From Candidatus Methylomirabilis sp. (GTDB taxonomy: Bacteria; Methylomirabilota; Methylomirabilia; Methylomirabilales; Methylomirabilaceae), in NCBI GenBank assembly GCA_041498975.1, contig JBGQJI010000069.1, positions 1-12,278 on the forward strand: a stretch of DNA of 12,278 nucleotides. The letters are read 5' to 3'. The notes under the pieces were generated by a model. The model searched no databases, was not told the DNA's origin, and worked only from the letters and a program-made list of their open reading frames with translations. Both the position numbers and the translations under genes were made by a program. Positions 6,815-12,278 of this stretch are shown here, piece after piece (position 1 is the stretch's first letter; every line of letters begins with the position of its first letter).

Positions 6815-8157
6815 CGGCGAGCCGCCTCCGCTGGCCGGCCGAACCGGACGAGCTGGGCCAGCGCCCGCATCCCCCGTTCGGGGGTGGGGAAGACGGGAAC
6901 GCGCCTGGCGTGCAGGAGCCTGGCCTCGTCGCGCTCCACCTCGGCCCCCCCGAGGTAGATGACCAGCTCGGGACGGTCGCGGTCGATCACCTCGGATGCT
7001 CCGACGATCGGGTCGCCGAAGATGACAGCGGCGACATCGTACGTGCCTTTTGCCGCCGCGAGGACGTCTTTGTACGTCCGGGCGGTGGCATCGCCGGTCA
7101 GGTCCAGGGGGTTGTTGACGACGAAGTGTCTCGGAAGAGAGGCCCGCAGTTGCGACGCGACCGCATCCGGGAGCGCCGCCACCTCCAGCCCCTCGCCGGC
7201 GGCGACGTCGGCTGCCAGCACCCCGCACCCGCCGGAGCTGGTGAGGATCAAGACCTTTCGTCCGGGCGGCCTCGGCAGGTACGCCAGCGCCTTGGAGAAA
7301 TCGTACAGCTCGTGCAGCGTGTCGGCCCGGCAGATGCCGAACTGCCTGAAGGCGCCCTGGTAGACCTCGTCGCGACCGGCGAGCGACTTCGTGTGCGATT
7401 CAGCCGCCTGGCGGCCCTTCTCGGTTCGTCCCGGCTTCAGGACGACGATCGGCTTTCGCGCGCGCCGGGCTGCCGCCAGGAAGCGGGGACCGTTCTTGAC
7501 CCCTTCGATGTAGAGAGCGATCGCGCGGGTCCGGGGGTCGCCGTTGAAATGCTCGATGAGATCGGCCTCGTCCACGTCGGCCCGGTTCCCCATGCTGACC
7601 AACCCGGAGACGCCGATTCCCTCCTGGCCCGCCCAATCCATCAGGGCCGCTGCGACCGTCCCGCTCTGGGAGACCACGGCGATGGCGCCCTGCATGGTGA
7701 GCAGCGGCCAGGAGGCACAGAGGCCATGGTACGGGTTGTTCACTCCCTGGCAGTTCGGGCCGATCATCCGGATCTTATGCGCGCGGGCCGCCTCGAGGGC
7801 CTGGCGCTGGAGCGCTTCCCCCTCCGGCCCCGACTCGCCGAAGCCGCCGCTGATCACGATGGCCCCCTTCACCCCCTTGGCGCCGCAATCAGCCAGCGTT
7901 GCCGGTACGGACGCCGCCGGGACGATGATCACCGCGAGGTCCGGCGCGCCCTCCACCGCGCCGATCGACGGGTAGCAGCGCAGGTCCAGGATCGTCGTTG
8001 CCTTGGGGTTGACGGGGTAGATCGGCCCCTTGAACCCGGCGTCCCTGATGTTCCTCAGGATCTGGAAGCCGAGCTTGTCCGGGCTGCTGGAGGCCCCGAT
8101 CACCGCCACGCTCTTCGGCGTGAAGATGGCTGAAAGATCGTGAGAGTCTGCTGTCAT
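6811..8157 (-). CDS. Acetate/acyl-CoA ligase (ADP-forming) alpha subunit, CoA-binding
   Basis: PKSVAVIGAS, IYPVNPK, IGPNCQG, SQSG, SMGNRADV, YIEG, phospho-His motif AAESHT, NPLDLTGD. ATG 8157 is preferred because GTG 8196 lies inside the predicted promoter. Confidence 0.92.
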   Translation of the reverse strand: MTADSHDLSAIFTPKSVAVIGASSSPDKLGFQILRNIRDAGFKGPIYPVNPKATTILDLRCYPSIGAVEGAPDLAVIIVPAASVPATLADCGAKGVKGAIVISGGFGESGPEGEALQRQALEAARAHKIRMIGPNCQGVNNPYHGLCASWPLLTMQGAIAVVSQSGTVAAALMDWAGQEGIGVSGLVSMGNRADVDEADLIEHFNGDPRTRAIALYIEGVKNGPRFLAAARRARKPIVVLKPGRTEKGRQAAESHTKSLAGRDEVYQGAFRQFGICRADTLHELYDFSKALAYLPRPPGRKVLILTSSGGCGVLAADVAAGEGLEVAALPDAVASQLRASLPRHFVVNNPLDLTGDATARTYKDVLAAAKGTYDVAAVIFGDPIVGASEVIDRDRPELVIYLGGAEVERDEARLLHARRVPVFPTPERGMRALAQLVRFGRPAEAARR

Positions 8158-8186
8158 GTTCCAACACCGGCCCACAAAGCCATCCC

Positions 8187-8215
8187 CTTTTAGCACGCTC
8201 CCCGCCAGGTGTCAA
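8187..8215 (-). promoter_or_regulatory. Sigma70-type promoter of the acyl-CoA ligase operon
   Basis: TTGACA (8215-8210), 17 bp, TAAAAG (8192-8187) with extended TGn. Confidence 0.65.
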
Positions 8216-8347
8216 GAACTGGGAAGGACTCGTGTTCCCTTGCAGGGTTAGCGTGCCGCCGAAGGGGCAGGTTCACCCGTTGACGCTCGGGTGGACTTCC
8301 GGCCCAGGATGAATGCGTCCAATCGTTCGACGAGCTGACCGGGAGAG

Positions 8348-8381
8348 AAAAGGAAAAAGGCAGGCTCTGGAGAACCCGCCT
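8348..8381 (-). terminator. Rho-independent terminator after ispH
   Basis: Minus strand AGGCGGGTTC-TCCA-GAGCCTGCCT (10 bp including 2 G-U pairs), followed by TTTTCCTTTT. Confidence 0.8.
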
Positions 8382-8410
8382 CCTGATTGTTGCGGCGGCA
8401 GGCTGCAAGA

Positions 8411-9403
8411 CTATGCGGGGGCCGCCATGGCTCGCGCGTGAGGGGACCGCTGGGCGTCCAGGCGGGCTCGCTCACGAATGAGTTCCTGAGGGAGGCCGAA
8501 GTTCACCTCCTCTTTGATCGGCTCGATCTCCTCGATGTCTGTCACCCCCAACCCTTTGAAGTAGCTGACGACTCCCTGCACGAGATGCTCGGGCGCCGAG
8601 GCCCCAGCCGTGACACCGATGACCCGCGCCCCCTTGAGCCACTCCGGATTGATCTCGCTGACGTCGTCGATCAGATAGGCCTTGATCCCCACCCCTTGGG
8701 CGACCTCGATCAGGCGCTTGGAGTTTGAGCTGTTTTGTGAGCCGAGGGCGAGGATGAGGTCTACACGGGAGGCCAGTTCCTTCAGAGCGGTTTGCCGGTT
8801 CTGCGTGGCGTAGCAGATGTCTTCCTTGGGCGGGAAGGCGAGCTTGGGGAATTTCCCCCTGAGGGCCTCGATAATTCCCGTGGTTTCGTCCACGCTGAGT
8901 GTGGTCTGCGTGATGACCGCCACCTTGCCGGGATCGGGGACGTTCAGCTTCTCGACCTGCTCCTCTGCCCCGATCAGGGTGATCGCATCCGGCGCCTCGC
9001 CCATTGTCCCGATCACCTCGTCGTGCCCCTCGTGGCCCACAAGGATAATGGTGCGGCCCTGTTCGGCGAACCTGATCGCCTCATTGTGGACCTTCGTGAC
9101 CAGGGGGCAGGTTGCGTCGATGACCTTCAACCCCCTGGATTCCGCCTGCGCCCGCACCTCCGGGGAGACCCCGTGGGCACTGAAGATGGCGATGGCGCCG
9201 TTCGGGACCTCGTCGAGTTCGTCCACGAAGATCGCGCCCTTCTGCCGCAGCTCGTCCACGACATGCCGGTTATGGACGATCTCCTTCCTGACGTAGACCG
9301 GTTCTTCGTACAGTTCCAGGGCGATCTTCACGACATCGATGGCGCGATCCACCCCGGCGCAAAATCCCCGTGGCTTGGCCAGGATCAGCTTTTCGACGGT
9401 CAT
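8411..9403 (-). CDS. ispH: 4-hydroxy-3-methylbut-2-enyl diphosphate reductase
   Basis: PRGFCAGV, IVHN, FSAHGV, DATCPLV, GHEGHDEV, TQTTLS, DICYATQNRQ, SSNS, TAGASAP; three Fe-S Cys present. Start is ATG 9403 or GTG 9406. Confidence 0.98.
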   Translation of the reverse strand: MTVEKLILAKPRGFCAGVDRAIDVVKIALELYEEPVYVRKEIVHNRHVVDELRQKGAIFVDELDEVPNGAIAIFSAHGVSPEVRAQAESRGLKVIDATCPLVTKVHNEAIRFAEQGRTIILVGHEGHDEVIGTMGEAPDAITLIGAEEQVEKLNVPDPGKVAVITQTTLSVDETTGIIEALRGKFPKLAFPPKEDICYATQNRQTALKELASRVDLILALGSQNSSNSKRLIEVAQGVGIKAYLIDDVSEINPEWLKGARVIGVTAGASAPEHLVQGVVSYFKGLGVTDIEEIEPIKEEVNFGLPQELIRERARLDAQRSPHARAMAAPA

Positions 9404-9467
9404 CACTTTACCTTTCGGCGCCTAGGCGCATTCGCTTCAAGCTGAGGTGTGAAAGGACATCCCGGGC

Positions 9468-9496
9468 ATGATAGCAGGGCAGAGCTATCCTGTCAA
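9468..9496 (-). promoter_or_regulatory. Sigma70-type promoter of ispH
   Basis: TTGACA (9496-9491), 17 bp, TATCAT (9473-9468) with extended TGn. Confidence 0.75.
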
Positions 9497-9545
9497 ACGC
9501 CACGTAACGTGGCCTGACAATTCGGGCAAATGCCTGCCCTCCCGG

Positions 9546-10070
9546 TCAGCTCACCTTCTCCAGGGCCTTGAGGATCTCGCGGCAGAAGGCGGGCAGGTCC
9601 TTCGGCTCCCTCGACGTGATGAGATTGCCGTCCACGACCACCTCCTGATCGACATAGCGGGCCCCGGCGTTCACCAGGTCGTCTTTGATCGAATGGTAGC
9701 ACGTGGCGCTCTTGCCTTTGAGCACCCCTGCCGAGCAGAGCATCCAGCCGGCGTGACAGATGGCAGCCACAACCTTGCCCTGCTGGAAGGCATCCTTCAC
9801 CAGCTTGACCATGGCGGGGGAGCGCCGCATCATGTCCGGGGCGTAGCCCCCGGGGATGATGACGGCATCGACGTCGGCTGCCTTGACGTCTTCGGCCGAC
9901 GCGTCGGCATTCACCGGGTAACCCATCTTGCTGCTGTAGCTTTTTGCGCCGGTCCCGACCACCCTGACCTCGGCCCCCTCCTCCTTGAAACGGTAATAGG
10001 GGACCCACAGCTCCATCTCCTGGTACATATGCTCTGCAAGGATCGCGATTTTCTTCCCTTGGAGCCTCAT
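9546..10070 (-). CDS. PfpI/DJ-1 family (type 1 glutamine amidotransferase-like) protease/deglycase
   Basis: RBS AGGAGG before MRLQGKKIAIL; YQEMEL, IIPGGYAPD, nucleophile elbow AAICHAG, VVVDGNLITSR. Confidence 0.93.
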   Translation of the reverse strand: MRLQGKKIAILAEHMYQEMELWVPYYRFKEEGAEVRVVGTGAKSYSSKMGYPVNADASAEDVKAADVDAVIIPGGYAPDMMRRSPAMVKLVKDAFQQGKVVAAICHAGWMLCSAGVLKGKSATCYHSIKDDLVNAGARYVDQEVVVDGNLITSREPKDLPAFCREILKALEKVS

Positions 10071-10159
10071 CGATGTGTCCTCCTGTAGCAGACTTGATGT
10101 CTCACAGCCAGCTTCTGTCCAGACAATCTTGGCGCTCGCCCATTTCGCATAACACTTCG

Positions 10160-10189
10160 ACCATAGCCCCTTTTGGCTACCACTGTCAA
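10160..10189 (-). promoter_or_regulatory. Probable promoter of the PfpI gene
   Basis: TTGACA (10189-10184), 18 bp, TATGGT (10165-10160). Confidence 0.5.
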
Positions 10190-10281
10190 GGCAGAGTCGC
10201 TCCCATTCCACCCTGGCATCATCTATTACCATACTCCGCTCGATCCAGGTAGAATGCAACCGAATGCAAGGCTCTCACGTG

Positions 10282-10315
10282 GTCATTGCGAGCGACTGGA
10301 AGGAGCGAAGCAATC
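10282..10315. repeat. Left arm of GTCATTGCGAG...GCAATC palindromic element
   Basis: GTCATTGCGAGCGACTGGAAGGAGCGAAGCAATC; the partner arm appears degenerate (around 10366-10389). Confidence 0.75.
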
Positions 10316-10505
10316 TTTCCCTGTGGGGATTGGGATTCCGCATTCCGGGTGTGTAGCGCCGCTGCTTGCCGCGCCGTCCTTGCGCAACGGAAGTCCAGCC
10401 ATCATTCTTGGTGTCCAGCCCCAATTCCAATGCTCGGATTCAGTGATTCTCTGAGATTGTAGCCTCCACGTATTCCCTCACGCCGGACTCCAAATTCGAC
10501 CTGAT

Positions 10506-10535
10506 TTGACACAAGTGCCCTGTGTCACATAGACT
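10506..10535 (+). promoter_or_regulatory. Putative promoter with overlapping inverted repeat
   Basis: TTGACA (10506-10511), 18 bp, TAGACT (10530-10535); TGACACA-N7-TGTGTCA at 10507-10527. Confidence 0.5.
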
Positions 10536-10794
10536 CTGCACAAGCGGGTTCCCATCGCATGATGCAGTGGAAATGCTTTCCCCCGCCCTTCTCGAAGCTT
10601 AATTGGCGTAGACAGTAGGGCAGAAGCATGGCAAGAAGCATCCGGCACGCCGCAGGTACTAAGCGGAGCGGGAAATAGATGATACGTCCGCCAGCATCGC
10701 TTAGTAAGCTTGCAGGCCTGTTCGCAAGTTGCCCCCTGCCTCCGGAGGGGGTCTGGGGAGATCAATGCCCACAGGAGGGCTTGCAGGTGGAGTC

Positions 10795-11424
10795 ATGGAT
10801 GGCAAGAAGGTGAATCTGATTGTCGTGAGGGGCCTGCAGGGGAGCGGGAAAACGCGGCTTACACGATGGATCGAAGATGAGTTCAAATTCAAGCGCGTCA
10901 GGGCAGATGACATAGGTATTAAGCGATATGGAAAGCCAAGTGACAAATCGAATCCACAGCGCTTTAATTCCGAAAACCCGGAGCATAGGAAGTATGTGAT
11001 CGGAACGCTAAGAGCCGAGAGGGATAAGTGGCTTTTGAAAGGGAAACACGTCGTCATCGATGCCGGGGTCGGATCGAACGAGGACTACCTTCTGTTCTCT
11101 CCAGAGTCTCAACAGTCCCTGAGGGAGAGGGAATGTGAAGTTGAAAGGTATTTGATTAGATTGAGAGCCGATTTTGACGTCAGGGTGCGAAGGGTTCAGA
11201 CATTTCGCGGAGACTATACGGAAGAGGAGCTCAGAGAAAAATTTTCTAAATCCGAGAGAAAGCGGAGAGAGCCCAAGGGCCTGCCAACGGACGTTCATTT
11301 GCTCGATTACGAGAACAACACTACGGACCAGTTAAAAGAGATCAAGACAGACTTGATAAGGAGATTCGGGAACATTCGCTGGCCCTACAGTTGGGCTCCC
11401 CCGGAAGTTGTTCCATATATTTAA
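10795..11424 (+). CDS. P-loop kinase (AAA_33 / polynucleotide-kinase-like)
   Basis: GGTGGAG before ATG 10795. LIVVRGLQGSGKT Walker A at the N-terminus, RVRADD, HVVIDAG, and lid-like LRADFDVRVRR. Visibly lower GC than the flanks. Confidence 0.85.
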   Translation: MDGKKVNLIVVRGLQGSGKTRLTRWIEDEFKFKRVRADDIGIKRYGKPSDKSNPQRFNSENPEHRKYVIGTLRAERDKWLLKGKHVVIDAGVGSNEDYLLFSPESQQSLRERECEVERYLIRLRADFDVRVRRVQTFRGDYTEEELREKFSKSERKRREPKGLPTDVHLLDYENNTTDQLKEIKTDLIRRFGNIRWPYSWAPPEVVPYI

Positions 11425-11486
11425 GGTGGGGCTTCGTCGGTGGCACGCCGCAAGGAAGGGTTTGATACTATCGGGCGGAAGAGAAT

Positions 11487-11672
11487 GCCCGGCCGTGGTC
11501 GGTCTACGCGAGTCGCCGCTCAGCTCCGTGAATGGCCCGACCGTGCGTGGGCCGAAGCCAGCCGCAACTGGTGCCGTTCCAACTTGATCCGCCTAACGAT
11601 GAAGTGACGCCCAGCCATCTGGATGGGCCCTCGCCTCATTGTGTCATCTGTCCGAACAAGTTGGAACCGCAC
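11487..11672 (+). other. Two long imperfect hairpins: candidate structured RNA or miniature inverted-repeat element
   Basis: 11487-11502 pairs with 11537-11552 (14/16 pairs including 3 G-U); 11571-11586 pairs with 11657-11672 (15/16) with further inner stems. Confidence 0.45.
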
Positions 11673-11698
11673 GAATACAAACGCACTAGGAAAAGTGA

Positions 11699-11824
11699 TG
11701 TCATTGCGAGGGAGCTGCGCCTCGCAACGACACTTCGTGTCGGATTGCCGCCCCTTCGCGGAGTTTATCCTGAGCGAAGCCGAAGGGCTCTGGGCTTCGG
11801 CTTATTTGGTCGCTCGCAATGACA
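11699..11824. repeat. Complete REP/MITE-like palindromic element
   Basis: Perfect 12-bp terminal inverted repeats TGTCATTGCGAG/CTCGCAATGACA, an extra internal arm CTCGCAACGACA (11721-11732), and a nested CCCTTCG...CCTGAGCGAAGC-CGAAGGG unit. Confidence 0.8.
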
Positions 11825-11888
11825 ACGCAATCCCTTAATGCATTTGCCATAGTGTGAGCGATCCCCTTCTTATCCAAAGAGGGGCCTG

Positions 11889-12278
11889 ATGCCGCTGAAG
11901 GCTGTGCTGTTCGATGCCAGCAACACGGTGATGCTGATCAATTATGCCGTGGTTGTCGGAGCTCTAGACGCAGAAGGGTTCGATGTCGAGGAAGCTTGGG
12001 TGCGGGAGGCCGAGTATCGGGCGAGGGTGCGGCTCGATCCGATCCTGGCCCGCCGCAACTCTACCGAGGCGCCGGCGATCTTTCGGACCTACTTCCGGTT
12101 TGTATGCGAGGGTCTGGGGGTGGAGTGGGGGACGGCCGCCGAGAGGGCTTTTCAGCGGATCGCTCAGTACAACCGGGAGCACAACCTCTGGAACCAGCCG
12201 AACCCGCAGGCCCCGGCCGCCCTCGAGCGTTTAAGCCAGCATAACCTGGCGGTCGGGATGATCTCCAACTCCGATGGC
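11889..12278 (+). CDS. HAD-superfamily hydrolase (REG-2-like), 3'-truncated
   Basis: Absent from the ORF track because it has no stop in the window. AGAGGGG RBS, MPLKAVLFDASNTV (motif I), helical cap, LAVGMISNSDG (motif II) at the window end. Confidence 0.9.
   Translation, partial: MPLKAVLFDASNTVMLINYAVVVGALDAEGFDVEEAWVREAEYRARVRLDPILARRNSTEAPAIFRTYFRFVCEGLGVEWGTAAERAFQRIAQYNREHNLWNQPNPQAPAALERLSQHNLAVGMISNSDG

Noticed and set aside
6815..7228. 138-aa N-terminal extension of the beta-subunit ORF
   Set aside because: Out-of-frame overlap with the alpha gene and Arg/Gly-rich junk; the true start at 6814 forms an ATGA overlap, so no frameshift or fusion is needed.
5738..8133. Long plus-strand ORFs 5738..6958 and 6910..8133
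   Set aside because: Antisense to well-supported ligase genes in high-GC DNA; no motifs.
10071..10259. N-terminal extension of the PfpI ORF
   Set aside because: A strong AGGAGG precedes ATG 10070 and a promoter-like sequence lies within the extension.
11441..11462. CCGCAAGGAAG resembling the SRP RNA domain IV loop
   Set aside because: The flanking CAGG and AGCAG conserved motifs are absent.
11577..11666. Integron attC interpretation of hairpin 2 (GCCTAAC or TTCCAAC ... GTTGGAA)
   Set aside because: Core sites do not fit RYYYAAC/GTTRRRY as a matched pair, no L boxes are evident, and there is no integrase or cassette array.
11532..11838. ORFs 11532..11822 and 11623..11838
   Set aside because: They run through hairpins and a palindromic repeat, with no RBS or protein-like features.

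Overview
GC-rich window from a diderm (outer-membrane-bearing) bacterium; the taxon cannot be assigned from sequence alone. Left (+ strand): two tandem, divergent paralogs of an unknown Cys-containing protein family (the first truncated by the window edge, the second with a signal peptide), a terminator, then a GT-C/family-39-like membrane glycosyltransferase with C-terminal TPR-like helices coupled to an exported Trypco2-like protein with a Pro/Gln tail. Middle (- strand): a PfpI/DJ-1 protein and ispH, then a run largely coupled by ATGA overlaps: ADP-forming acyl-CoA synthetase alpha and beta subunits, a 37-aa membrane peptide, two lipoproteins (one DUF3568-like), an exported unknown and an Skp/OmpH chaperone. 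Right: a lower-GC islet bracketed by GTCATTGCGAG palindromic elements, carrying a P-loop kinase and two long hairpins (candidate ncRNA or MITE), then a truncated HAD hydrolase. Family calls come from motif recognition by eye; no searches were run.
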